Source: Candidatus Saccharimonadota bacterium (GTDB lineage: Bacteria; Patescibacteriota; Saccharimonadia; Saccharimonadales; Saccharimonadaceae). Taken from it: DNA of 64,000 nucleotides. Position 1 is the first letter of the stretch; each line of letters starts with the position of its first letter. A model generated the notes under the pieces. That model was not told the origin of the DNA, ran no database searches, and saw only the letters and a program-made list of their open reading frames with translations. The DNA is taken from positions 1,842 to 65,841 of the forward strand of contig DAICXN010000003.1 of NCBI GenBank assembly GCA_027312165.1, given 5' to 3'. This document shows positions 38,918 through 48,982 of the stretch, in pieces. Both the position numbers and the translations under genes were made by a program.

Positions 38918-40066
38918 CTACTGTGGCAGGCGACAGTTTTCGATACAGTAGCGCCGAGTATTTTCAATATGCTCAGCTTCAGTTCTCGAAAAATAATTAA
39001 CACCATCATCCCCGCTCACAAAGAACAGGTAGTCGCCCTCCGCTGGGTCGGCCACAGCCAATAGCGCCCCTAGTCCAGGAGAGCTAATTGGCCCCGGGGG
39101 AAGCCCTCGATAAAGCCGTGTATTGTATGGCGAATCAAAATCAACCGCTGGCGCGCGTCCAGCTTTTCTGGCAGCGTAAATAAACGTTGCATCAGCACCC
39201 AGGGGAATGCCTTCGTCTAAGCGCTTAAAGAAGACTTGAGCAACCTTTGCCTGATCCTCACAGATTTGCCGACTGCCGCAGCTAACCTCTCGCTCAATAA
39301 TTGATGCTAAGGTTATACCTTCGAACAGATTAAGGCCTCGGTCAGAGTAGCGATCAACTAGCTGATTTTCTTTAATAACTTTATAAAAATCATCAAAATA
39401 CCTGACCAAAACAGATTCTAGAGGCGCACCCTTATTGAACTGGTGAGTTTCGCCGTAGATGTAACCTTCGAGGTCGGCCGATGCTGGCTTGGCCTCAAAC
39501 AGCGGATGGTCGTATTGTTTGATGAAAGCCTGGTCAATAGCCGCCTCATCGTACCCCGCCTCGAGCAGTACTTTTTTATGGTCCTCTAATGTACCGCCAG
39601 GCAAAAATGTAATGTTGATTACCTCAACCTCCGGTCCTTTGGTTAACTTTTCGATGACTTCACCAGTTGAAAGAGCTGGACTGAGAGAATACTGGCCTGC
39701 CTGGATGTCATTTGTCGACCTGTTAAGCCGAGCCGTCAGCAAAAAAGCCATCCGGCTACGAATTAGGCCAGCTCGCTCTAGCTCGTCGCCGATGCCTGAT
39801 ACGGTCGCGCCATCATTCACGGTAAACTTCTGCTCTACTCCCTGCACATTAACTGGCCTGAGCGCGAGAAAATACCAGGTGGCAATCACTGCAATAAATC
39901 CAAAAGCCAAGGCTAATAGCGCCAAAAATACCCTAAGAGGGTTTCGTCGTCGATTCTTTAGGTTGAGTCCGGCACTGGATTCTAAATCTGTGCGCTTAAT
40001 GGCGCTTAGTGGGGGTTGGCCGGTTGACTCAGTGTCCGACCTGGTCTGAAAATCATTATTTTGCAT
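38918..40066 (-). CDS. mltG: Endolytic transglycosylase MltG
   Basis: N-terminal TM, LEGYIY, LASIIERE and SPYNTRLYRGLPPGPI motifs. Confidence 0.95.
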   Translation of the reverse strand: MQNNDFQTRSDTESTGQPPLSAIKRTDLESSAGLNLKNRRRNPLRVFLALLALAFGFIAVIATWYFLALRPVNVQGVEQKFTVNDGATVSGIGDELERAGLIRSRMAFLLTARLNRSTNDIQAGQYSLSPALSTGEVIEKLTKGPEVEVINITFLPGGTLEDHKKVLLEAGYDEAAIDQAFIKQYDHPLFEAKPASADLEGYIYGETHQFNKGAPLESVLVRYFDDFYKVIKENQLVDRYSDRGLNLFEGITLASIIEREVSCGSRQICEDQAKVAQVFFKRLDEGIPLGADATFIYAARKAGRAPAVDFDSPYNTRLYRGLPPGPISSPGLGALLAVADPAEGDYLFFVSGDDGVNYFSRTEAEHIENTRRYCIENCRLPQ

Positions 40067-40463
40067 ACTTTTCCTCCAGATAGTCTTGAAGTATTATGCT
40101 GGCTGCTTCGGCGTCTATCTCGCCCTTATCCTTGACTCGCCCTAGCCTACGCTCTGCCTCAACGCTCGTCAAAGACTCGTCTTGATATACCACCTCGGCT
40201 TGAATATCTATATCAGCCAACTCTTCAACAAATCTCTCAACTGCTGCCGATTGCTGGGTTGGTTCGCCGGACTGGTTGCGTGGGTAGCCCACCACTATAG
40301 TTCTCACGTTGTGCCGAAGAATAATCTCCGTGAGCTTAACGATTATTTCATCCGAACGCTCTAGGTAGCCAAAAGGAACAGCAATCTTGACCTGGGAGTC
40401 ACCAAGCGCTATACCCACTCGCTTATCACCAACGTCCAGTCCGAGAAAAGTTCTACTCGGCAT
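40056..40463 (-). CDS. ruvX: YqgF/RuvX family nuclease
   Basis: LGLDVGDKRVGIA, VVGYP, DESLTS and IDAEAASIILQDYL motifs. Confidence 0.95.
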   Translation of the reverse strand: MPSRTFLGLDVGDKRVGIALGDSQVKIAVPFGYLERSDEIIVKLTEIILRHNVRTIVVGYPRNQSGEPTQQSAAVERFVEELADIDIQAEVVYQDESLTSVEAERRLGRVKDKGEIDAEAASIILQDYLEEKYAK

Positions 40464-42060
40464 TGTCTAGCTTAAATTCTACCGTTATTCTATCTACGTC
40501 GTTCGGCACGGTACGCACCCAGAATGGCCAGAACTGGGTATCAACATCGTCTACACCAGCGATAGATTCAAGGCTGGCCTGAATATCACCATAACTCTTG
40601 CCACTAACTTGCTCCTTAACTCTAGATTCTTCAATCTCCGGGCCGACTGTCGCATTTGCGGAAAGCCGAACAGTGGTGGCCTCTGCAGAAGAAGCAAATT
40701 GCGTAAATGAAGCATCTTCAGCACCGTCCTCATAGATTTTCTGCGCAGTTACGCCTTCGATCTCCTGGTTGACCTTGGCCTTGAGGTAGGTAGACAGGTC
40801 CAGCTGATCGACTGCGTACATAGACGCCGTAATGGTCGCCTTCAAACTGACCGGACCAGCTGCCTCTGCACCAACCGCGACGCTTGGAGTGGGGTTGGAT
40901 CGATTCTCTTGGTAGCTCTCTTCAATTACTAGGCTTGAGCTGGCAAATGAGCTCTCTAGTTTTTGCCTTAGCTGATCATCCTTTTTCTCATTAAGCATAT
41001 CAGTGGCGCGAGTTATATCTTCTTCGCTCACTACTTTAGCCATCTTATCAGTACCACCCGTGGTCGCTTTGGTTATTTGAGCAGACACGCCGCTTGGAGC
41101 ACCCCGCATGCTACCAGTAGCCCCGTTGTACTTCTCGCCAGGCTCAGTGGCGGTAATCCCAGTCTCTGCGCCCTCATAGTTAGACATGGTAAATGTAACG
41201 CTCTGATCGGTGGTGTACTGAGCGCCACTCGAGGAGGTTAGGACAGTTCCGGCAGGAATAGTGCGCCCCAGGTTTTGGATAGCCCCGGTAGAAAACTCTA
41301 CCGTACCCTTGGCTTTATTGCCTAAGTTCTTCTCGCCAGTTGCCGTGAATTCGACCGACAACTCAGACCTTTGCTCCTGTCGAATAGCCTTAAGGATATT
41401 TGCCTGAGCGTCAGTTGCACCGTCTAGTGTTAAAGCGACGTTCTCTGAAACATTTACCGGTGTGGTCTTAGCGGTAATAACCACAGTAGCCCGAGGTGCA
41501 AACCAAATTGCCCAAACCAGGAAACCAATCAATAACAGAGCAGCGCCACCGATTACGAACAGCCTCTTGCGAAACCTCGAGAAATCTGGCACTTTCTTGC
41601 CGTCCACCTTTTTAACAGATGACTTTTTGGTAGTCTTTAGTGGCTCGGCAATAACACTAGATTTAATCGCAGCACTAACTGCCGCCTCACCCCTCTTGTC
41701 AGTTGATGCGGACCTAGCGATCTCACCAATCGGTAGCATTTCGCCATCAATCACATCATCACCGTCAACCTTAAGAACTGGCACCTCTGCAAGCTCTGGC
41801 TTACTCTGTAAATTTCGGGCGACTGGTATATGCGCCGCGGCCGCAAGAGCAGCGAGCGACTGATTGCTAGAAATAAGAACCAGGCGCTTCTTAGCGTTTT
41901 CTGCGGTACGCTGCAATAAGCGCATATTAACGGCACTTTGCAATACACCGACGCGACTTGGCGGTACAAGGGCAATAATTTTTTCTTTAGATGCCTTAAT
42001 CTTACCCACAATAGTGGTTATATCATCTTCGACGTCTATATAAATTACATCTTTGTTCAT
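40453..42060 (-). CDS. Membrane-anchored protein with a baseplate-J-like extracellular domain
   Basis: N-terminal VIYIDVEDDITT domain, one TM, then KAKGTV...TIPAGTVL...YTT...ATEPGEKYN...TGGTD. Confidence 0.7.
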   Translation of the reverse strand: MNKDVIYIDVEDDITTIVGKIKASKEKIIALVPPSRVGVLQSAVNMRLLQRTAENAKKRLVLISSNQSLAALAAAAHIPVARNLQSKPELAEVPVLKVDGDDVIDGEMLPIGEIARSASTDKRGEAAVSAAIKSSVIAEPLKTTKKSSVKKVDGKKVPDFSRFRKRLFVIGGAALLLIGFLVWAIWFAPRATVVITAKTTPVNVSENVALTLDGATDAQANILKAIRQEQRSELSVEFTATGEKNLGNKAKGTVEFSTGAIQNLGRTIPAGTVLTSSSGAQYTTDQSVTFTMSNYEGAETGITATEPGEKYNGATGSMRGAPSGVSAQITKATTGGTDKMAKVVSEEDITRATDMLNEKKDDQLRQKLESSFASSSLVIEESYQENRSNPTPSVAVGAEAAGPVSLKATITASMYAVDQLDLSTYLKAKVNQEIEGVTAQKIYEDGAEDASFTQFASSAEATTVRLSANATVGPEIEESRVKEQVSGKSYGDIQASLESIAGVDDVDTQFWPFWVRTVPNDVDRITVEFKLDNAE

Positions 42061-42063
42061 GAT

Positions 42064-43332
42064 TTATATTTTTAGGAGTTTATTAACTTTCTCCATTAGG
42101 CCATCGCTGTCTCGACTTACCACTATTGTATCATAGCCCACTCTCAGTAGACCCATGGCGGTAATCATCGTGTGATCGTCTATCTCACCTGTCGTATCGG
42201 TAATACCCACAACATCTGAGGGTAGAATATGCTGGACATGAGGTCGGCGCGTAAACGGCAAATCTTTGTACCACTCTTGCCTCTCAAGAGCATCAACCAG
42301 TCTATCTAGGCTAGCGCCACCGCCACACAACAAGATGCGGCTCGGCAAGTGATCAACGCTATCAAACTCGCTTAGCGCTAATTCGACACCGGCCAGCCAA
42401 ACCTCGAGGGTCTTATCGACCGCTGATTCAATTTTTTGCCTGACCGAGGGTTTGATATTTTCATTTGTTAAGTTAACCTTTAACTTCTCGGCATCCGCAT
42501 AACTTAGCTCCATATCCGAAGCAATGGTCCTGGTAAAGCTCCGACCACCGATGCCAAACATCCGCGTGCCCTCGACACCACCATCGTTTACGACAGCTAT
42601 ATCAGTAGTTCCACCACCCACATCCGCTAGTATTGCCGTGAAGTTGCTATCAGCATCTGTGCCTAGAACGCTGCGACTAACCGCGAAGGGCTCTGCCGCT
42701 ACCGCGATAAGATCCAGCGCCAACTCATCAGCAACCTTTTCCAGTGCCCCAATATGCACCATTGGCGCAAAGGCCGTGTAAATTTGCACAGCCACGTCAC
42801 GCCCCTGAAATCCAATCGGATTAGACACTTTGTATCCGTCAATGTGAATTGAAACGAGGGCAGAATTAACCAGTTTTACCTCTACATCTTGGTTGCCGGT
42901 TTCAAGAGCGATCTGCTTTTGAGCATGACCCTGGGCTCGCTCTTGGACTTTCTCGATAATAAACTCCATCTCAGCAACATCTAAAACTTTATCAGGCTGC
43001 GGTCGGCGATAGCGAATGGTGTTGGTTACGCCCTTAACGAGCTCTCCGGCCATACCAATTACGACATTCTTTGCCTGCACGCCCGCCTGGTCTTCAGCCT
43101 CCGATAGCGCCGCTTCACAGTTCTGAACTACTCCAGAAATATCAGCTATCGCGCCTGAGTTCATATCGCCCATCTGCTGGCGCTTTCGGCCAACACCGAT
43201 AATCTCCAGCTTGTCATCAGATTTCACCTCAGCGATTAACGCCTTAACGAATTCCGTGCCTATATCTATACTTACTAGCAGCTCACGATTATCGCTGCCC
43301 GACTTCTTCTTTAACATATTTTTTAGCGCCAT
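42064..43332 (-). CDS. FtsA-like actin-fold ATPase (paralogue, no ftsZ adjacent)
   Basis: SIDIGTEFVKA, DVGGGTTDIA, AEKLK and LCGGGA motifs. Confidence 0.88.
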   Translation of the reverse strand: MALKNMLKKKSGSDNRELLVSIDIGTEFVKALIAEVKSDDKLEIIGVGRKRQQMGDMNSGAIADISGVVQNCEAALSEAEDQAGVQAKNVVIGMAGELVKGVTNTIRYRRPQPDKVLDVAEMEFIIEKVQERAQGHAQKQIALETGNQDVEVKLVNSALVSIHIDGYKVSNPIGFQGRDVAVQIYTAFAPMVHIGALEKVADELALDLIAVAAEPFAVSRSVLGTDADSNFTAILADVGGGTTDIAVVNDGGVEGTRMFGIGGRSFTRTIASDMELSYADAEKLKVNLTNENIKPSVRQKIESAVDKTLEVWLAGVELALSEFDSVDHLPSRILLCGGGASLDRLVDALERQEWYKDLPFTRRPHVQHILPSDVVGITDTTGEIDDHTMITAMGLLRVGYDTIVVSRDSDGLMEKVNKLLKI

Positions 43333-43441
43333 ACTGCTTATAGTATAACACGCGCCGAGCAGAGAAAATACGCACCAGACGAATGTTAAGCAGCGCTAAT
43401 CTATTGATTATTGTGTTATTTTGTGATATAATAAAGATATT

Positions 43442-44392
43442 ATGGATCACCCTCCTCGAAACGTCAACCGCTGGCTGGAACTCGAGCAAGCAATTGATGA
43501 CGTCGATTCCCTCCCTATGGAGGACGACTTTATCGAACGAATGCAGGAAAATTCTATCTATGAGGTTTTTCGATTTGATCAAGGTCCGCGCGCTATCTGG
43601 GTAGACAATACAGAATTCTTCAAAGGGTCGGCTCTGACCAAACACATCGAAAGTGACTATATCGTTATCGAGGACGCATATTTTGAATCTACCCTCAGGG
43701 GTGATTTTACCGATTCAACTGGCAAGGTAAAAATCAATGGGAAAGAATGGTGGATAGCATCTGAAAAGGGGCAATCTCTACTCTATGATCTAACTCAGTC
43801 AGAAATGCCGCCACTTCCAATTGAGCCTAGTGAGGTAAACAATTTACTGCTTGCAGTCGCCTCGTCATTTGTTCGCGAACATCTGTCTACTGTAGCTGCA
43901 ATCACACATGTAAACGAAAATGAGGAAAGCGAGCCTAGGCGACTCGGTATGACAATTTTTATGTCAGGCTCATTATTTGGCAGCTCCTCGCACACGATCA
44001 GATCTTTGTTCCAAGGCGACAATGATTCAATAATCGCAGAGTTCACCGAAACAGAAAGCCCAGTAGACAGCGGCCAAGTCAGCCAACTGCTTCTCGGCTC
44101 AACGATTGATAGAGATCTTTACTTGACGGACGAAATTTTGCTACAAAACGAGAAGGCCATAATTGATAACGCTGAGCAATCCAGCGGAAGTGTCCGACGC
44201 GCCTCTCATGACTGGGTTGTGCAGACGCCTCAGGACCTTATAGATGCAGTTTTGTCCGATAACCCTTTTGAGCGCAATCATGGAATAATAGCTGAATACT
44301 CTGACGCCGAAAATTCGATTGCCAAGACTGAGGTGCAGCAATACGCCAATCTCTGTGAACAGTTTTTAAAAGCCTATCGAAAAATCAACTAA
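43442..44392 (+). CDS. Hypothetical acidic protein
   Basis: 316-aa ORF divergent from the ftsA-like gene; TATAAT just upstream of ATG. Confidence 0.75.
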   Translation: MDHPPRNVNRWLELEQAIDDVDSLPMEDDFIERMQENSIYEVFRFDQGPRAIWVDNTEFFKGSALTKHIESDYIVIEDAYFESTLRGDFTDSTGKVKINGKEWWIASEKGQSLLYDLTQSEMPPLPIEPSEVNNLLLAVASSFVREHLSTVAAITHVNENEESEPRRLGMTIFMSGSLFGSSSHTIRSLFQGDNDSIIAEFTETESPVDSGQVSQLLLGSTIDRDLYLTDEILLQNEKAIIDNAEQSSGSVRRASHDWVVQTPQDLIDAVLSDNPFERNHGIIAEYSDAENSIAKTEVQQYANLCEQFLKAYRKIN

Positions 44393-44404
44393 CTAAAGCA
44401 GACT

Positions 44405-46303
44405 TTATACCAGAACTGCTTTAACCCGCCTAACACCAGCGGACGAAGACTCTTCTTTGGTAATCCTAAATCGCTTGCCGTTTGGCGTTCCATCATCGTT
44501 TTGTGACAATTGACCGGTATGATCGACGTGCGGCCCGCCGCATATCTCAAAGCTGGCGCGATTTTCGCCTTCACCCATCTGGTAAACCTTGACTGTCTCG
44601 CCGTAGCGGTCGCCAAAAGCTCCGATAGCGCCAAGTCGGAAGGCCTCATCGGTTGGGTACTCTTTGTAGCTAACTGGCAAGTCGGCATCAATCCACTCGT
44701 TAACCATCCGCTCAACCAAATCGAGCTGCTCACGAGTCACCTTTTCCTCGTTGTTGAAATCAAACCTTAATCGCTCAGCAGTAATATTGCTGCCTCGCTG
44801 AGTAACATGCTCACCGACCACCTTTTTTAAGGCTGCATACATCAAGTGGTTGGCAGTATGTAGACGCCTGTGTGCCATAGTACCGCCCTCAAGTCCACCC
44901 TTAAAGGTACCCTTAGCCGCGGTCTGCGATCGCTCGCGTTGTTCTCGCATTGAGGCATCAAAAACATCCTTCCAGTCATCCGCAAGCTCAATACCTTGAC
45001 GCTTTGCAATTTCGACGCTTAGCTCAACCGGAAAGCCGTATGTATCATGAAGTGTAAACAATTCACGCCCAGTCAGTCCGCCATCAACAAACCTCAAAAG
45101 ATGTCGCATACCCTTGGCTAGCGTACGCGTGAAAGCTTTTTCTTCTTTGAGCAATGTCGCGATGATTTTATCTCGCTGCTCAGCAACTTCTGGGAAATCT
45201 TCGACATACAAATTAGCGACAACTGGCACAATCTCCTCAAAAAACTCTTTATTGACACCAAGCTCGTTTGCAAAGCGAATTGCTCGACGTAGCAGACGGC
45301 GCATGACATAGCCCTGCTCTTTATTGCTCGGCTCACAACCATCAACTGCCAAAAAAGTCGCTGCCCTTAGGTGGTCAGAAATCACCCTCATACTCTCAAG
45401 ATTGTCGTTGTAGCTTTTTTTGCTCATCTCCTCTAGCTTTTGAATAATCGGCCACATCAAACTGATCTTGAATACATCCGGATCGCCCAGTTTTGCGGCA
45501 GCTATACGCTCTAAGCCTGAGCCGTGGTCAATATTTGGCTTTTCAAGAGGCTCAAACCTACCCTCGTCAACCTTTTGGTATGCCATAAAGACATTGTTAC
45601 CAATCTCCATAAACCGGCCGCAGTCACAGTTGGGATGACAGTGCTCACCAAAACTCGGATCGTGCTCAATCCCAAAATCATAAAACATTTCGCTATCAGG
45701 ACCACAAGGATCGCCCACGGGTGTAGTCTCAGGGCCACCGTTACGGCTCCACCAGTTTTTTGACCCGTCGTAATAAAAGATTCGCTCGCCCTCATTTATG
45801 CCGCGCTCGTAACCATCCTGCTCGGAACCAATATCCGCTTGACCATGCGACAGACCGGCTTTTTCGTACAGGCTCTCCCATACCTCGGCCGCCTCGACAT
45901 CTTTAGGTATACCGTAGCGCTCGTCACCGATATAACAGGTGACGTAAACCTTTGACATATCAAGTTCAACAACTTCAGACAGGAACTCCCACATCCATTC
46001 AATCTGCTGCTTCTTGAAGTAATCACCCATGCTCCAGTTGCCTAGCATCTCGAAAAATGTTGTGTGGCGATTATCACCTATATCATCGATGTCTTGGGCC
46101 CTAAGGCAAGTTTGCGAGTTAACAATTCTCTTGCCCTTAGGATGAGGTTCGCCAAGCAGGTAAGGAATCATCGGCTGCATACCGCTCCCAGTAAAAAGCG
46201 TTGTTGGGTCGCCCTTTAAGACCAAAGGAGCTCGCTTGACGACGGCATGAGCCCGTTCTTCAAAAAATGCCAGGTAGGCACTGCGGATTTGTTGTGCGTT
46301 CAT
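44405..46303 (-). CDS. alaS: Alanine--tRNA ligase, short form without the C-Ala domain
   Basis: DPTTLFTGSGMQP, HTTFFEMLGNWS and GSGLER; editing motifs HTANH and EICGGPH; ends at GVRRVKA. Confidence 0.97.
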   Translation of the reverse strand: MNAQQIRSAYLAFFEERAHAVVKRAPLVLKGDPTTLFTGSGMQPMIPYLLGEPHPKGKRIVNSQTCLRAQDIDDIGDNRHTTFFEMLGNWSMGDYFKKQQIEWMWEFLSEVVELDMSKVYVTCYIGDERYGIPKDVEAAEVWESLYEKAGLSHGQADIGSEQDGYERGINEGERIFYYDGSKNWWSRNGGPETTPVGDPCGPDSEMFYDFGIEHDPSFGEHCHPNCDCGRFMEIGNNVFMAYQKVDEGRFEPLEKPNIDHGSGLERIAAAKLGDPDVFKISLMWPIIQKLEEMSKKSYNDNLESMRVISDHLRAATFLAVDGCEPSNKEQGYVMRRLLRRAIRFANELGVNKEFFEEIVPVVANLYVEDFPEVAEQRDKIIATLLKEEKAFTRTLAKGMRHLLRFVDGGLTGRELFTLHDTYGFPVELSVEIAKRQGIELADDWKDVFDASMREQRERSQTAAKGTFKGGLEGGTMAHRRLHTANHLMYAALKKVVGEHVTQRGSNITAERLRFDFNNEEKVTREQLDLVERMVNEWIDADLPVSYKEYPTDEAFRLGAIGAFGDRYGETVKVYQMGEGENRASFEICGGPHVDHTGQLSQNDDGTPNGKRFRITKEESSSAGVRRVKAVLV

Positions 46304-46405
46304 ATCTGTAATTATAACATGAAAGAGCTAGCGACTTAAGCCACTGGCTTCGTCTTATAAATACATAAGACTAGCCCGCAAGTAGACCTTTGGCGTAAAA
46401 CAAAG

Positions 46406-47413
46406 CTAGCTCTGGCCCAGGTGAGCCACCACGACCGTAGCATCGTCCCGCCGAGGTCTTTCATGGCTCCATCTGATCGGTCTCTTAATTAGAGACTCAA
46501 GCATCTCCCGATCGCCAAACTTAGGCGACAGCTCAAACCTTGAGACGATTGGCAAAACTATCTCTTGCCAAATATCCCAATCGAACCCCTCTGAGCTAAA
46601 CATCTCAGGATTCTCGAGCTCGGGGCTAAGTCCGCTCGTTTGACCTATGGAGTTGGTGCCTTCTTCTAGCTGCCGATCCAATAGTCTACGGCCAGCCACA
46701 CCTCTTAGACTACTTCTAACTAGATCGTCGAGATTTCTGAGCTTTAGCCGAGCCTCTTTGAGTAGCTGATAGTCTTGGCGCGCCGCTTCGAAGTGATATG
46801 GCTGCAAGCGTTCAGGCAGCTGCCGACGTCCGTAAACCCCATCAGACATCAGATAAAGCTCAACCGCACGACCGCCGATGTCAAGATTATGTAACTCATC
46901 ACTCTTTCTCAACTTATCGTAGGAAGTTCGCTTGCCGAGATACCTATCGAGATTAGGCGAGGGCGGGTATTTATCGATAATGAATTCTGTCTCCTTGGCC
47001 TCTGCGTCGCGAACTGCTACTGACATATTGCCAGTTTTGGCCAGACTAATTCTATCGCCAACAATTGCCGCTAGTGAGCCTATGCAGATACCCGCTTCAG
47101 GATTAGCCTCGACTGCCGATCTAGCAAACTCCATTGCCTCTTCGACACTTTCACCACCGTGATCCAAATAATAAGACCTTATCGATCGGGCTGCCATCTG
47201 AGCTGCTTGCTCCGGCACACTATAGTCGGCAGACAAGGTTTCTATGTTCTCAAACACCGCTAGCACCTTATGATCTGGCAAAACCAGCACCACGTCACCG
47301 CCGGCGACAACCATGTCATCATCGTAAATTATTTCGCCGCCAGGCGTCTGACCATAGATGCTATATTTTTCGCCATCCGCCAAAAAACCCGATTTAAAGA
47401 AGCTGTTGTTCAT
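46406..47413 (-). CDS. Divergent PP2C/PPM phosphatase-like protein
   Basis: LYLMSDGV and DDATVVV retained, LDRYLG present; N-terminal metal motifs degenerate. Confidence 0.6.
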   Translation of the reverse strand: MNNSFFKSGFLADGEKYSIYGQTPGGEIIYDDDMVVAGGDVVLVLPDHKVLAVFENIETLSADYSVPEQAAQMAARSIRSYYLDHGGESVEEAMEFARSAVEANPEAGICIGSLAAIVGDRISLAKTGNMSVAVRDAEAKETEFIIDKYPPSPNLDRYLGKRTSYDKLRKSDELHNLDIGGRAVELYLMSDGVYGRRQLPERLQPYHFEAARQDYQLLKEARLKLRNLDDLVRSSLRGVAGRRLLDRQLEEGTNSIGQTSGLSPELENPEMFSSEGFDWDIWQEIVLPIVSRFELSPKFGDREMLESLIKRPIRWSHERPRRDDATVVVAHLGQS

Positions 47414-47452
47414 GTGTTTTATATTATATCATAATTTAGTATTTTTTACAAT

Positions 47453-47482
47453 AAAAATAGCCTGGAGATCTGTCCAGGCTAT
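47453..47482 (-). terminator. Intrinsic terminator after rpsP
   Basis: atagcctgga gatctg tccaggctat hairpin with a U-run. Confidence 0.7.
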
Positions 47483-47500
47483 CCCGACTAGGTAGTCAAT

Positions 47501-47854
47501 TTACTGTTCGCTAGCTTCTTCCTCAGCGACTTCTTCTTTTGGCTGATTCTTGCGAAGCTTTTCTGCGTTACGAATAGCCTTTTTGTTGGTGTCATCATGC
47601 TTCTTGACCCAACTTGGCATCTTGATGCCGGCTTCTTCAAGCAACTTAACCACACGAGGAGTTGGCTGTGCGCCATTAGCGAGATACTTCTCGGCTAGTT
47701 CAGTTTGAATATTTGCCTCTTTGGTGTGAGGGTTGTAGCTACCGACATAGGCAACCACGCGGCCACTTGATGGGTGGCGCTGAGATTCCTGCACGGCCAA
47801 GCGGTAAACTGGGTAGCCTTTTCGGCCGATACGTTGCAATCGAATTGCGAGCAT
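47501..47854 (-). CDS. rpsP: 30S ribosomal protein S16
   Basis: MLAIRLQRIGRK, GSYNP and NGAQPT motifs. Confidence 0.97.
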   Translation of the reverse strand: MLAIRLQRIGRKGYPVYRLAVQESQRHPSSGRVVAYVGSYNPHTKEANIQTELAEKYLANGAQPTPRVVKLLEEAGIKMPSWVKKHDDTNKKAIRNAEKLRKNQPKEEVAEEEASEQ

Positions 47855-47935
47855 GTATAAAACTTCCTTCTTACTATATTTATTAAAACTACTTAGACAA
47901 GTTTACACTGTTTAGGCTAAAACGTCAATCTGTTT

Positions 47936-48982
47936 TTAGCTAATTATTCCCCCACCCATCACCTCATCTCCTCGATAGATGACAGCTGATTGGCCGGCAG
48001 CGACCGCTCGCTCTGACTCTTTTAGGCTAATTTGCGCCTTTTCGTCATTAATCGATAGTCCCGACAAGGGCAAAAGGGATCCTCGATGACGCAGGCGAAC
48101 CTGCAAGTCATCTGTTGGCTCAGGGCTAGCGCCCACCCAACTCAAGTCAGTCAACGTCAGCTCATCTCGCCACATCGACTGGTTGTCGATGTTTTGACTG
48201 ACGTAAACTTGATTTTTTTGAATATCTTTTCCGGTTACATAGTACGGCAACCCGCCACCAATATTTAGACCATGCCTCTGGCCGATAGTGTATAGCATTG
48301 CACTGTCATGCCTACCAACGACCTGACCGGTCTCCTGCAGGATAATTTCGCCCGGCTCTAATGTGATATATTGCTCCAAGAATTCTCTTATGCCAACCTG
48401 ACCGACAAAACAGATACCCATGCTTTCCTTCTTGTCGGCAGTCCAGAGATTTTTCTCCGTTGCATAATCACGCACTTGTTGTTTTGTCATATCACCCAGT
48501 GGAAACAAGGTTTTCTTTAGAGCCTCTGATTTGACGCGGTAGAGAAAGTAAGTCTGATCCTTGTTTTCGTCAAACGCTCTCATCAATTTTCCGTCCGGAG
48601 TCACTCGGGCATAGTGACCCGTGGCAATCAGGTCCGCGCCCCGTGCTAAAGCAGTGTCAAGAAAAAGTTTGAATTTTATTTCTTGATTGCACATGACATC
48701 AGGGTTTGGCGTTCGACCAGCTTTATACTCGGACACCATAGCATCCACGACCTGCTGTTTATATTCGTTTTCAAAATCAAAAACCTCAAAGTCTATACCC
48801 AGACTTACTGCTACGCGCTTGGCGTCCGCCACGTCTTCTGCCCATGGACAGTGCATACCGGGCATATCTTGAGTCCAGTTTTTCATATAGACACCAGTTA
48901 CATCATATCCCTGCTCAACCAACAAAGAAGCCGTTACGCTACTATCAACGCCACCACTCATACCAACAAAAACTCTAGCCAC
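47936..48982 (-). CDS. mnmA: tRNA 2-thiouridylase MnmA
   Basis: MSGGVDSS, TPNPDVMCN, ATGHY, KDQTYFL and ESMGICF motifs. Confidence 0.98.
   Translation of the reverse strand: MARVFVGMSGGVDSSVTASLLVEQGYDVTGVYMKNWTQDMPGMHCPWAEDVADAKRVAVSLGIDFEVFDFENEYKQQVVDAMVSEYKAGRTPNPDVMCNQEIKFKLFLDTALARGADLIATGHYARVTPDGKLMRAFDENKDQTYFLYRVKSEALKKTLFPLGDMTKQQVRDYATEKNLWTADKKESMGICFVGQVGIREFLEQYITLEPGEIILQETGQVVGRHDSAMLYTIGQRHGLNIGGGLPYYVTGKDIQKNQVYVSQNIDNQSMWRDELTLTDLSWVGASPEPTDDLQVRLRHRGSLLPLSGLSINDEKAQISLKESERAVAAGQSAVIYRGDEVMGGGIIS

Noticed and set aside
23064-42060. Prophage, suggested by holin-like and baseplate-like genes
   Set aside because: The two genes are 17 kb apart among housekeeping genes, with no integrase, terminase, capsid or tail genes.
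44405-46303. alaS as a truncated pseudogene
   Set aside because: Aminoacylation and editing motifs are intact and the gene ends cleanly at the domain boundary; no downstream C-Ala remnant was seen.
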